Below are positions 20,017 through 29,170 of a DNA stretch of 64,000 nucleotides, piece after piece. Position numbers and translations under genes: made by a program. The DNA is from a virus. Position 1 is the stretch's first letter, and each line of letters opens with the position of its first letter. Location: positions 96,347 through 160,346 of IMG/VR virus record IMGVR_UViG_3300025141_016157; one strand, given 5' to 3'. The notes under the pieces are model-generated. The model did not search any database and was not told the origin of the DNA. It worked only from the letters and a program-made list of their open reading frames with translations.

Positions 20017-20035
20017 TATTAAGAGCAAAGTTATT

Positions 20036-20968
20036 ATGAAAATCACACACAAGCGGCTAAAAAGAATTATAAGAGAAGAGCTTCTACGTGAGGCCAGTGG
20101 AGCTGCAGGTCCGGGCACAGTTCCAGGATACAATTATATTGAGGTATCTGAGTACAGAGGTAAACCTGCTCACATGATAAATGCTAAGCATCTCAAAAGA
20201 ACTTTGAAAGAGACATTGGGTATAAAGCAACATGGAACGGCTGACGACCACTTCCACCAGGCGGGCTTGGGAGGTATTATTTCTGGTTGGGGAAGCCTAA
20301 GTAAGAAACTAACAAAAATCTGGAGCGATCGAATCCCCCAGGGACAAGGCGGTCATGGAACGGGATGCCAAAGCTGCTGGGCAGACTTCTTTATTCTTGT
20401 AGATCTTGGAAAATGTGGAGCATCTCAGGCATACTTGATCCCTGGTGTTAGCGTTGTTGAAGATATTCCAATTATAGTATTTGGAGATATTAGTCTTGAG
20501 CCTCTAATTGATCACATAGCAGATGAAGCAGGCTTGGCGATAATTGGGAAAGGCGAAAAAAGAGATGATGCTGAACAACAGACTGTTGAAAATGAGTGGG
20601 CAGAATGGACAGGTAGACAGTATGAGCTTATTAGTAAATTTCATAATAAGGTGTATTATGGAGGCGAGATGCTTTCCGACCTATTACACGATGCATTTGT
20701 TTTCCGGACACCAGTAATTGTTGTGCTCCCAAGGTCATCGCTAATTAAAGATATTGATCCGTGTGTCATTGCTAAAAATTATCAACTTCTTAGAGCGCCA
20801 CCGGTGACACCGGTGGCTCCAGCTGTTAAGGATGAAGTAGAGCTTGATCCTGCAAGCGTGGAGATAGATCCCCAGGGCCAGCAAATAGATATTGATTCTG
20901 AGATATATGATGCGCCTCTTGAGCCGTATAAATCTCCCTTTAGAACTCCAATAGGTAAGCAAGATTAA
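20036..20968 (+). CDS. Hypothetical protein with N-terminal tag
   Basis: True start probably ATG 20036 (MKITHKRLKRIIREELLRE), not 19940. Confidence 0.7.
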   Translation: MKITHKRLKRIIREELLREASGAAGPGTVPGYNYIEVSEYRGKPAHMINAKHLKRTLKETLGIKQHGTADDHFHQAGLGGIISGWGSLSKKLTKIWSDRIPQGQGGHGTGCQSCWADFFILVDLGKCGASQAYLIPGVSVVEDIPIIVFGDISLEPLIDHIADEAGLAIIGKGEKRDDAEQQTVENEWAEWTGRQYELISKFHNKVYYGGEMLSDLLHDAFVFRTPVIVVLPRSSLIKDIDPCVIAKNYQLLRAPPVTPVAPAVKDEVELDPASVEIDPQGQQIDIDSEIYDAPLEPYKSPFRTPIGKQD

Positions 20969-20969
20969 A

Positions 20970-23900
20970 ATGAAGATAACAGAATCCAGAATCAGAAGAA
21001 TCATAAGAGAAGAGCTTCTTAAAGAAGATAGCGAAGATACCGTTCTAGGAAAAATGAGCTGGCCCATGGCGCCTGGTGTCTCAGACCCGTTTGGTGAACT
21101 ACGATCCTCAAATCCCCCACCAGTTCTTTCAACATCAATGTGGTATGACCTCGATGGTGACGCAATGCTATCGAGTCATAAGATTGAATCAAAGAAATTT
21201 ATTGAACACCTTATGGATACTATAGAGCACAGAGGTGGAGTTGCAAACTCTGTTGCAAATGCTGGACACATCGCAGCTGTCTACAAGGAAATGGGTGTTG
21301 AGACGCGAATAGCTCCATACCCTGGGCCTAAGCATTGGGGTGCAGGAGATTATGAGTCATGGGGAGAGTTTCCAGGATCAGCAAGAAGTTTTTTTAAAAA
21401 GTATGACCCATGGGTTCTTGATGCGGACGAGATATTTCTCGTAACAGTTGATAATACTTCTTACAGGGCTCCTGGCCAAAAAGTTACAGAGATTGAACCT
21501 GAAGATATGGAGATGGGAGTTGAATACGGAGGAACAACTGATCCCGCAGCTGGCAAGATTAAGCGAGCACTTAGCTCTCTACTTGGTGACCTTACGCTTC
21601 CTGCCCATTACGATCCTTCACCAGTTCAACTGACCGCTGCTAAATCATGGCTGTCTCAATGGCTTCCAGGAGGAAATCCATCTCCTGAAATGGCTAGGGC
21701 AATGGCAGCTACAAATCCATACAATGCTGTCTGGGAAACATTTCTAGGTCCAATAAAAGAGTGTCTAAGCGGTCAAGCAGCTGCCAAAGAAGAAGCTACT
21801 CGAAGAGCATCAAAGCAGGATGATTTCTATTCTAGAGAAGGGGCAGACATAACCTTTGCTGGAGGAGCAACGTCAGAGGATACCCAGGCTGTTCTCAAAC
21901 AAATGCAAAAAACTGGGGAGGCAGAAAAGATATCAGATGAATCAATTGGGACTTCTTCTGCTGGTCTGTGTGCATCAGCCAGAGCATCAGAGCTTATAGC
22001 ATTGTTAGTTTTGCCATCTGGACAGTTTACTTTAGCCGGAAGGATTGCGCTAGCAGCTGGTCTCGTTCATCTTGCAAGAGGCTCTCACAGAGAGGCTATG
22101 TTTGAACTACTGCTTGGTGCATTTGAGATTGTAGCAGCAACCAAAGCGATTGTAAGATATACCGCAGTAGTTAAAAGTGCACTTAGGTCAGGAAAGCTTC
22201 CGGCAGATGACATTCTCGAAGAAATGATTAAAGCTGGAGTATTTGAAGAGCATGCTGATATAATAAGGCGGTTAGCAAGACAGCCAAAGATGGAGGAAGA
22301 AGTTCAAGCTATGCGCCAAGAGATGGCAAGAGTAATCGAGACAATGGATAGTACAGATCCCTTGAAGCCTTATCTGGATGCATATGTTAGAGGAGCCAGT
22401 TCAGATGAGCTTAGGGGAATATACAAGGCTGCCAAGGCTGAGATTGAGTCTGGAGCTCGCTGGGACATTCACACGTCAACTAGACGTGCAGCTGATATTG
22501 ATCCAGATGAGCTCGATGCGTGGCTAGAAAGACTTGAGGACTTACCGCTTACATCATCTCCTGGATCTAGAAAAGCTGTAATAGACAAGTATATAGAATC
22601 TCAGATCAGTATAAATAGAGCTCTGGAAGCTGAACAGGCAACAGCAAGAGGTGCAGGTCGAGGGAAATCGACTCCGGAAAATCCATGGGGAAAGGGTCCT
22701 GAGCCTAAAGCAATTAGACCCGCAGGATCTAAGGCGCCATTAGCACAAACAGCCAATATGGGAAGACAGATTATTGATTTAGCATATGCCAAATTACGAT
22801 CGATACCTGATGGTAAAATTTATAAGATTGCAAAATTCGAAAGAGGTCACTTCAGCGACGTTGATAGAATTGAAATTAGACTGGATGGTTTGTTTGATGT
22901 TGATGATATTGAAAAAATTGTTGACGACTCTCTCGGTGACTATCTAAACACGCTCACACCCCCGCAGGCATCAAGGTATAAGCAAGATGTTATTGAAGAA
23001 ATCCAAAACCTTGACTTTGTAGTAGGACCAAGGACTCCTGACAGGGTGGGACAATATGTCCAATCCGGACCTGGTCAAAGAGGCCAAGTCTGGGTTGAAC
23101 CGTTTGACAAAGAAGAGTGGAAGGCTATAGTAGGAACCAATAGAGATCGACCAGATTTTGAAGAAGCCGTTAAAAAAGCTTTTATCGACGCTCTAGATTC
23201 TGGAACAAAATTTGATTTGCCAGAGCAGGTGAGAAATACACTTTCTCATGAACTTGGTCACTGGATAGACCTCACTATCGAGGGAAATAAATATGATCAC
23301 CTTATTGTAGATTCAAATGGAATTCCCATGAGGGAAATCGATGGCAAGCAGATGACATTTGATCAAGCTGTCAAAGAAAGAAAAGTTAAAACAATAGAAG
23401 AATGGCTACAGGACCCGCCGGATATCTTTGGAGATTTCGTAACGCAACCCTGGCATGGAAGAATTGGGGAGCTAGATGCTGAAATAACAAGAGGCGTAAC
23501 AGATTTTCAAGATTCCCTAGAGGCATCAATTAAAAGAATTCGTGACCTTGATGATCAATATAAGCTTCCCTGGGATATCTCTCCCAGAAAGCCGCCGCGA
23601 GATCAACAGCCAGTAGCATCTGATAGTCCGTCAGCATGGGATAGAAGAAGTACTACCAAACACCCATCACAGACTACTCGCAGACAAGAGCCGAAAAAAT
23701 GGGATGATGCAGAGACAAAGTCAGCAATGCACAAAGAAGAGATGGCAGAGATCGGCTTGGACGAACTAGATTATACATATCAAATATTGACTGATAAAGA
23801 TCTATTTAGGGATATATTTGTCGGAGACTACTTTCCTATTGAGCCTAACCGTGGGTATCTTGATGATTATGGATGGGTAGGAAGTGCAGAAAATATCGTA

Positions 23901-24047
23901 GATCAAAAGATTGATGACGTTCTTTTCGAACCTGGCGGATTATGGGACTGGGCTAGAAAGGAAGCAGGAATAAACGTTGAGTACATTGACATGCAGGAGT
24001 CAGTTGTATATGTGTCTCGGTGGATGAAACTTGCAGGTATAAAATGA
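20970..24047 (+). CDS. Large tagged protein with hydrophobic hairpin and C-terminal HEXXH peptidase-like domain
   Basis: MKITESRIRRIIREELLKE; LSHELGHWID...ELDAE; ends MQESVVYVSRWMKLAGIK. Confidence 0.7.
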   Translation: MKITESRIRRIIREELLKEDSEDTVLGKMSWPMAPGVSDPFGELRSSNPPPVLSTSMWYDLDGDAMLSSHKIESKKFIEHLMDTIEHRGGVANSVANAGHIAAVYKEMGVETRIAPYPGPKHWGAGDYESWGEFPGSARSFFKKYDPWVLDADEIFLVTVDNTSYRAPGQKVTEIEPEDMEMGVEYGGTTDPAAGKIKRALSSLLGDLTLPAHYDPSPVQLTAAKSWLSQWLPGGNPSPEMARAMAATNPYNAVWETFLGPIKECLSGQAAAKEEATRRASKQDDFYSREGADITFAGGATSEDTQAVLKQMQKTGEAEKISDESIGTSSAGLCASARASELIALLVLPSGQFTLAGRIALAAGLVHLARGSHREAMFELLLGAFEIVAATKAIVRYTAVVKSALRSGKLPADDILEEMIKAGVFEEHADIIRRLARQPKMEEEVQAMRQEMARVIETMDSTDPLKPYLDAYVRGASSDELRGIYKAAKAEIESGARWDIHTSTRRAADIDPDELDAWLERLEDLPLTSSPGSRKAVIDKYIESQISINRALEAEQATARGAGRGKSTPENPWGKGPEPKAIRPAGSKAPLAQTANMGRQIIDLAYAKLRSIPDGKIYKIAKFERGHFSDVDRIEIRLDGLFDVDDIEKIVDDSLGDYLNTLTPPQASRYKQDVIEEIQNLDFVVGPRTPDRVGQYVQSGPGQRGQVWVEPFDKEEWKAIVGTNRDRPDFEEAVKKAFIDALDSGTKFDLPEQVRNTLSHELGHWIDLTIEGNKYDHLIVDSNGIPMREIDGKQMTFDQAVKERKVKTIEEWLQDPPDIFGDFVTQPWHGRIGELDAEITRGVTDFQDSLEASIKRIRDLDDQYKLPWDISPRKPPRDQQPVASDSPSAWDRRSTTKHPSQTTRRQEPKKWDDAETKSAMHKEEMAEIGLDELDYTYQILTDKDLFRDIFVGDYFPIEPNRGYLDDYGWVGSAENIVDQKIDDVLFEPGGLWDWARKEAGINVEYIDMQESVVYVSRWMKLAGIK

Positions 24048-24193
24048 AGATAAAAGGTGCCACCCAGGCTCACAAGGGTCATCTTGATTTCGAAGATGAT
24101 GAAGAAATAGACATCGAATTTGATGATTACGATTCTCCATTCACTACAGACTTCTGTGAAATGTTTCCTGATCACCCGAAATGCAGAGATTAA
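24044..24193 (+). CDS. 49-aa acidic microprotein with C-x8-C tail (not in ORF track)
   Basis: ATGA overlap with upstream stop; MKIKGATQAHKGHLDFEDDEEIDIEFDDYDSPFTTDFCEMFPDHPKCRD. Confidence 0.6.
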   Translation: MKIKGATQAHKGHLDFEDDEEIDIEFDDYDSPFTTDFCEMFPDHPKCRD

Positions 24194-24238
24194 TTTATAT
24201 CAAATCTTAAAAACTTTAAACTATCATGTTATAATAAT

Positions 24239-25147
24239 ATGATGTTAATGTTTCCAACACAAAATTTATTTATCGAAGGTCCTGACTGTTCAGGAAAGAC
24301 AACACTCGTTAGAAATATTCACGATCTTTCCAGATACAAATGGCATATTCATGATAGATCTCAGATATCAAGAAAGATCTTTAAGTATGAATACAGTAGA
24401 AATCTTTACTATTCTGACGATGATTTTCACAGGGAGATTTTTAATCTTAACAATAGGTTTATTTTTCTACTCCCAGATATTGAAATAATAAAAGATAGAT
24501 TTAAATTGAGAGGGGATAATATTCACAAGAGTATAAGCGATATTGAAAAAGTTTATCATCTTTTTAAAGAAGAGCTTGAGCGTATCTCCAGTTTACCAAA
24601 TATTATACCGTGTTTCTCAGTTGCGACACCCAGGGCTGTTGAAGCTCTATGCACAACGCTGTCTCTAATAGAAAGAACAATGCTGAGAGAAGTTTCAGAT
24701 CAAGTTATAAAATCTGTCAATTTTTGTGGTGATGAATGCTTTCCTATTGAGTTTACTCTGTACGACAATGGAATGTTTGAAGAGGCAGATCCATTATCAA
24801 TGAGATATAAGCCCGAGGAGGAGTATTATGAAAAAATCTATGATAGAGTTCACAATAAAATTACAAATGAAATGCTGGGAAAAAATGAGTATAGTAGAAC
24901 AGAATCATTTTTATCAAGAAGATTTGTTTATTCCGATGATAGTTGCATATCATTTATTCAGCTTTCAGTAAGAAAAAATGTTATGGATTTTCACACAGTA
25001 ATAAGATCAACAGACGTCAAGAATATCTTTCCTCATGATCTTAAATTTTTATACTATCTTGCATCAACATGTTACAAAAGGTTCAAAGATAAGTGTAGTT
25101 CAGCAAGGCTTCGTTTTAATTTGAACTCTGCACACATAATTAGTTAA
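24239..25147 (+). CDS. Fusion: dNMP (thymidylate-type) kinase + minimal thymidylate synthase/dCMP hydroxymethylase-like domain
   Basis: EGPDCSGKTT and DRS (TMPK); SRR, SCISFIQ, RSTDVKNIFPHD, SAH (TS fold). Confidence 0.75.
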   Translation: MMLMFPTQNLFIEGPDCSGKTTLVRNIHDLSRYKWHIHDRSQISRKIFKYEYSRNLYYSDDDFHREIFNLNNRFIFLLPDIEIIKDRFKLRGDNIHKSISDIEKVYHLFKEELERISSLPNIIPCFSVATPRAVEALCTTLSLIERTMLREVSDQVIKSVNFCGDECFPIEFTLYDNGMFEEADPLSMRYKPEEEYYEKIYDRVHNKITNEMLGKNEYSRTESFLSRRFVYSDDSCISFIQLSVRKNVMDFHTVIRSTDVKNIFPHDLKFLYYLASTCYKRFKDKCSSARLRFNLNSAHIIS

Positions 25148-25173
25148 AATAATAATATAGGATTGGAGAATTT

Positions 25174-26184
25174 ATGAGAGCACTAATCACAGGAGGTTGC
25201 GGATTTATTGGATCAAATCTTGCAAAAGCTCTTGTATCAAATGGCTGGACAGTAGACGTAGTAGATAATATGTCAGCAGGATCAATTTCTGCACTTGATA
25301 ACTTAAAGATAAGACAATTACCCAATGCAAGCTTTTTACCACATTTTTATGAAAGTACTACTGGGACGGAAAGGGAAAGGATGCAAGATGAAATCTTGGT
25401 CATACCCGACGATCTTTCGCATGAATCAGTTTTAAATCATATAAGATCAAAAATGTATGATATTGTCTTTCATCAGGCAGCAATACCACGAGTAAGCTAC
25501 TCAGTTGAAAATCCTGCAGAAACCACATACGAAAATATTACAAAAACAGTTTCACTTTTTGAAGCTTGTAATGGAAATGTTAAAAGGGTCGTCTGGGCAT
25601 CTTCATCTTCAGTATATGGTGGCGCAAAGATTCTTCCAACTCCAGAATCAGAAAGAGGAAAGATGCTACCTCTTTCTCCATACGCCTGGCAAAAATTTGC
25701 GATTGAAGACTTTTCAAAGATTTGTGGAACACTCTATAATTTAGACATAGTGTGTTTAAGATATTTTAATGTTTTTGGACCTGGTCAGCTTGGAGACTCT
25801 CCGTATGCAACTGCAATATCTGCATGGTGCAATGCTGTAAAGAAAGGTTGCGGCCTTAGGAGTGACGGAGACGGCAATCAATCAAGAGATCTCTGCTATA
25901 TAGAAAATGTTATCCATGCTAATATTCTAGCTGCTACTTCAAGTAAGACATTTAACGGTAGATGCTATAATGTAGCTTGCGGAGATAGAGTTTCAAATAA
26001 TGAAATATTAGAGTTTTTTACTAATAAATTTGATGCTAGTATTATAAATGCACCTGAGAGACCTGGTGATGTCAAGCATACACAGGCAGATATAACTAGA
26101 ATACAAGATGAGCTTGGGTATTCACCAATTGTTGAATTTTGGGAAGGTCTAGATAAAACTATCAAATGGTGGGGTCTTGAGTGA
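25174..26184 (+). CDS. NAD-dependent NDP-sugar epimerase/dehydratase (extended SDR)
   Basis: ITGGCGFIGS, ASSSSVYG, SPYAWQK (YxxxK), LRYFNVFGP, GDGNQSRD. Confidence 0.9.
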   Translation: MRALITGGCGFIGSNLAKALVSNGWTVDVVDNMSAGSISALDNLKIRQLPNASFLPHFYESTTGTERERMQDEILVIPDDLSHESVLNHIRSKMYDIVFHQAAIPRVSYSVENPAETTYENITKTVSLFEACNGNVKRVVWASSSSVYGGAKILPTPESERGKMLPLSPYAWQKFAIEDFSKICGTLYNLDIVCLRYFNVFGPGQLGDSPYATAISAWCNAVKKGCGLRSDGDGNQSRDLCYIENVIHANILAATSSKTFNGRCYNVACGDRVSNNEILEFFTNKFDASIINAPERPGDVKHTQADITRIQDELGYSPIVEFWEGLDKTIKWWGLE

Positions 26185-26606
26185 GTATTAAAATTCCAAA
26201 ACATGTAAAATCTTCATGGGTAAAAAAAGGCATGTCAAAGCCAATACAAAAACCGTGGGGCCATGAATATGTGTGGGCAGGATTTTCAGGAATTCATGGA
26301 AAATCTCTATTTATAAAAAAAGATCATAGAACAAGCTTTAAGTATCATAGTTTAAAAACTGAAGTTTTGTTTCTTCAAAAAGGAACAGCAGAAGTTACGT
26401 TTGGCGATGAATACTCATTACGAGATCCAGTTGGACACCCATTTAAAATAGAAATCATTGATGCCGGAAGCTCTCTAATGGTACAGTCAAATTGCCCCTA
26501 TAGAATAAAAGCAATATCTGACTGTGAGATTATTGAAATAGGTAATAACTCATCAGATACACCAGTAAGAATAGAAGATGACTACGGAAGAATAGAAAAT
26601 GAATAG
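26181..26606 (+). CDS. Cupin (mannose-6-phosphate isomerase/sugar isomerase-like)
   Basis: KPWGHE, TSFKYH..KTE, IIEIG, VRIEDDYGR. Confidence 0.75.
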   Translation: MSIKIPKHVKSSWVKKGMSKPIQKPWGHEYVWAGFSGIHGKSLFIKKDHRTSFKYHSLKTEVLFLQKGTAEVTFGDEYSLRDPVGHPFKIEIIDAGSSLMVQSNCPYRIKAISDCEIIEIGNNSSDTPVRIEDDYGRIENE

Positions 26607-27168
26607 AATGCCAGAATTTATTATATTTACAGGTCCAATGTTTGGAGCAAAAACAAGCAGGCTACTAGCAACAATTGATAGATTTTCATATCAAAATAGA
26701 AAAGTAATAGCATTTAAACCTAAAATAGATAGAAGATATTCGCAGACAGATATAACAACACATAACGGAATTTCTATTGAAGCACATGCTGTCAATACAG
26801 GTGAAGATATAGTATCTCAGGTTCTTGAAAGAGAAGATTGCATAGACGTTGTAGCTGTTGATGAAGCATTTATGATAGAAGATTGTGCAGATTCCCTGTT
26901 AAAGCTATTTAGAATGGGAAAGACAATAGTAGTTTCATCTCTTCAGCTGTCTGCATCTGGAAATGTTTTTACAGAGATTAGAGATATGATGCCATGGGCA
27001 ACCAAGATAGAAGTTTGTCCAGCAGTTTGCACTGTTTCTGGTCATGATGCATATTATACACACAAGAAGGTAGATGATCTTGCAGAAATTACTGTTGGTG
27101 GATCAGAGCTTTATGAACCTCGTTCATGGAAACATCATTCCTTCATGAATCAAACTTTTAAAAATTGA
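26599..27168 (+). CDS. tdk: Thymidine kinase
   Basis: GPMFGAKT, KPKIDRRY, VAVDEA, AVC, VGGSELYEPR. Confidence 0.88.
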   Translation: MNRMPEFIIFTGPMFGAKTSRLLATIDRFSYQNRKVIAFKPKIDRRYSQTDITTHNGISIEAHAVNTGEDIVSQVLEREDCIDVVAVDEAFMIEDCADSLLKLFRMGKTIVVSSLQLSASGNVFTEIRDMMPWATKIEVCPAVCTVSGHDAYYTHKKVDDLAEITVGGSELYEPRSWKHHSFMNQTFKN

Positions 27169-27175
27169 GAAAAAA

Positions 27176-28090
27176 ATGATTGAACCTACTAGTGTAAATT
27201 GCGTAATTTATCATGCTGATTGTACCGATGGTTTTGGTGCTGCTTATGCCGCATGGAAATGCTTGGGCAATAGAGCTGAATATCATCCATGTAAGCACGG
27301 CATGGATACACCAGACATAACGGGAAAAAGCGTTGTTATTTTAGATTTTTCCTTTGACAACTCAACAACAAAAAAAATGATTTCTGATGCTGAGTCATTG
27401 CTTGTAATTGACCATCATAAATCTGCAATGGTTGAGTTGCATGATATTACTAATACTCGTTTTGATATGACTAAGAGCGGAGCAATGCTAGCTTGGGAAT
27501 TTTTTCATCCCGGGAAAGAACCTCCAAAGTTCATCCAGTATATTCAAGATAGAGATCTTTGGAAGTGGGAACTCCCATACTCAAGAGAGTTTGCAGCAGC
27601 GTTTGACATGGTACCATTTGAGTTTGAAGAATTTGAGAAGTTTGAAGATGATTCTGTATTTGATGATGCTAGAAAGAGAGGGTCCTTTATCCTAGCTTAT
27701 TCTAAGACAGTTGTTAAGAAAGTGTGTGAAAAAGCATCACCTCGAAAAATGATGGGAAAGGATGTAATGGTGGTAAATGCTTCACACTGGATGTCAGAGA
27801 TTGGAGCTAGACTAGCTCCTGACTGTGATCTTGCTATGATATGGTACTGGGATCATGATGCAAAGCATACAAAAGTTAGCCTAAGAGCGTTTCATGATAC
27901 CGTAGACGTTTCAGAGATAGCTAAGAAATTTGGCGGAGGCGGGCATAGAAAAGCAGCGGGATTTCAACTTCCAAAAAATAAGCATGTAGAAGATTTATTT
28001 GATAAGCCAAAGCCTGCAAAGAAGAAGAGGGTGACAAGGCCAAAAACTAAAGCAAAGCAAGATCAGCAAAAAAAAGATGATGAAAAATAA
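27176..28090 (+). CDS. DHH/DHHA1 phosphoesterase
   Basis: YHADCTDG, ILDF, IDHH, QDRDLW, SLR, GGGGHRKAAG. Confidence 0.88.
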   Translation: MIEPTSVNCVIYHADCTDGFGAAYAAWKCLGNRAEYHPCKHGMDTPDITGKSVVILDFSFDNSTTKKMISDAESLLVIDHHKSAMVELHDITNTRFDMTKSGAMLAWEFFHPGKEPPKFIQYIQDRDLWKWELPYSREFAAAFDMVPFEFEEFEKFEDDSVFDDARKRGSFILAYSKTVVKKVCEKASPRKMMGKDVMVVNASHWMSEIGARLAPDCDLAMIWYWDHDAKHTKVSLRAFHDTVDVSEIAKKFGGGGHRKAAGFQLPKNKHVEDLFDKPKPAKKKRVTRPKTKAKQDQQKKDDEK

Positions 28091-28101
28091 GGTTATAGCC
28101 A

Positions 28102-28743
28102 ATGTCAACTATATTTGAAAAAGATGGAAGAAGAATTCTATTTGTTCATATTCCTAAGTGCTCCGGTACATCTGTTAGAATGATGCTCCAGGAGGAAGGG
28201 TGGAAACCTCAACCTCAGCATATAATAAGGCCAACATTCTTTATCACAGGAGAGTTTGCTGGTCCCGTTACGTCTAATCATCAGCACGCAGAGATGAGAA
28301 ATGACTGGATTTCAAAATGGGATTATGAGTTTGCACTTGTAAGAAATCCATATGATAGATTAGTATCTCGTGGAAAACAGTCAGCAAGAAGGCTAAAGCT
28401 TACTTATATCAAAGAAGTTAATTTTTTTGCTTGGGCAGATGATGTTCTAGGAAGAGTTATGAGAAAAGAGGGTCCCGGCGCAGAAGATAATCACTACAGA
28501 CCACAAGTAGAATTTATTTCAGATAAAACTCAATGGTTTAGAATGGAAGACCAGAAAGAGCTTTTTTTAGAAACCCTTAGAAAGGAGAATATAATATCAA
28601 ACACTGCAAAGCTTGGCGTTTTTAACAAATCTCTTTCTGAGAATAATGAGTATAGCTTTAATTGGGGTATGTTTCCCGATATCCACAAAAGATTTTTAGA
28701 TAAATACAAAAAAGATTTTGACGTATTTGGATATAAAATATGA
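28102..28743 (+). CDS. Sulfotransferase family 2-like protein
   Basis: FVHIPKCSGTS, VRNPYDRLVS, HYRPQ, DFDVFGY. Confidence 0.8.
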   Translation: MSTIFEKDGRRILFVHIPKCSGTSVRMMLQEEGWKPQPQHIIRPTFFITGEFAGPVTSNHQHAEMRNDWISKWDYEFALVRNPYDRLVSRGKQSARRLKLTYIKEVNFFAWADDVLGRVMRKEGPGAEDNHYRPQVEFISDKTQWFRMEDQKELFLETLRKENIISNTAKLGVFNKSLSENNEYSFNWGMFPDIHKRFLDKYKKDFDVFGYKI

Positions 28744-29153
28744 AAAGGCCGACGTGGAATAAAATATGGCTAGAGTTTGCAAACTCTATATCAAAAAGAT
28801 CATATGATCCAAGGTACAGAGTTGGAGCAGTAATAGTAACAGAAGATAACACACAGGTTTTATCAGTAGGGTATAATGGTAACTATGCAGGAGGGCCAAA
28901 TCAAGTTGAATCTACAGTTCCAGGAGAGTCTGGAATGATACATGCTGAAATTAATGCTTTGCTTAAAATGGATTATAATAATCCAAAGTCTAAAAAGTTA
29001 TACCTTACTTTATCACCGTGCAGAATGTGTGCAAAGGCAATAATAAATGCAGGAATATCAGAAGTTTTTTATTCCGAGATCTATAGAGATGATTCATCTC
29101 TTAAAATTCTAGATGAGTCGGGAATAAAACATAAGCTAATTCAATTAGAGTAA
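28740..29153 (+). CDS. dCMP deaminase
   Basis: VGAVIV, GYNG, HAEINA, SPCRMC. Confidence 0.9.
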   Translation: MKRPTWNKIWLEFANSISKRSYDPRYRVGAVIVTEDNTQVLSVGYNGNYAGGPNQVESTVPGESGMIHAEINALLKMDYNNPKSKKLYLTLSPCRMCAKAIINAGISEVFYSEIYRDDSSLKILDESGIKHKLIQLE

Positions 29154-29160
29154 ATAATTA
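29153..29160 (+). promoter_or_regulatory. AATANTTA motif (putative late promoter)
   Basis: AATAATTA at the boundary between nucleotide-metabolism genes and tagged genes. Confidence 0.5.
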
Positions 29161-29170
29161 TTAATGTATC

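Noticed and set aside
19940-20035. Track start of the 342-aa ORF (also upstream extensions at 9081, 14522, 31596, 51829, 63163, 63429)
   Set aside because: These extensions overlap neighbouring genes or promoters. Downstream starts fit SD sequences or the tag, lipobox and domain boundaries.
24044-24193. Cyanophage identity based on the CP12-like motif
   Set aside because: No photosynthesis or cyanophage marker genes; DnaE, NrdJ and the vWA lipoproteins argue for a different host group.
9360-29153. Z-base (PurZ) or 7-deazaguanine DNA modification
   Set aside because: No PurZ, DpdA, QueC/D/E or FolE motifs were seen; the nucleotide enzymes present point to pyrimidines.
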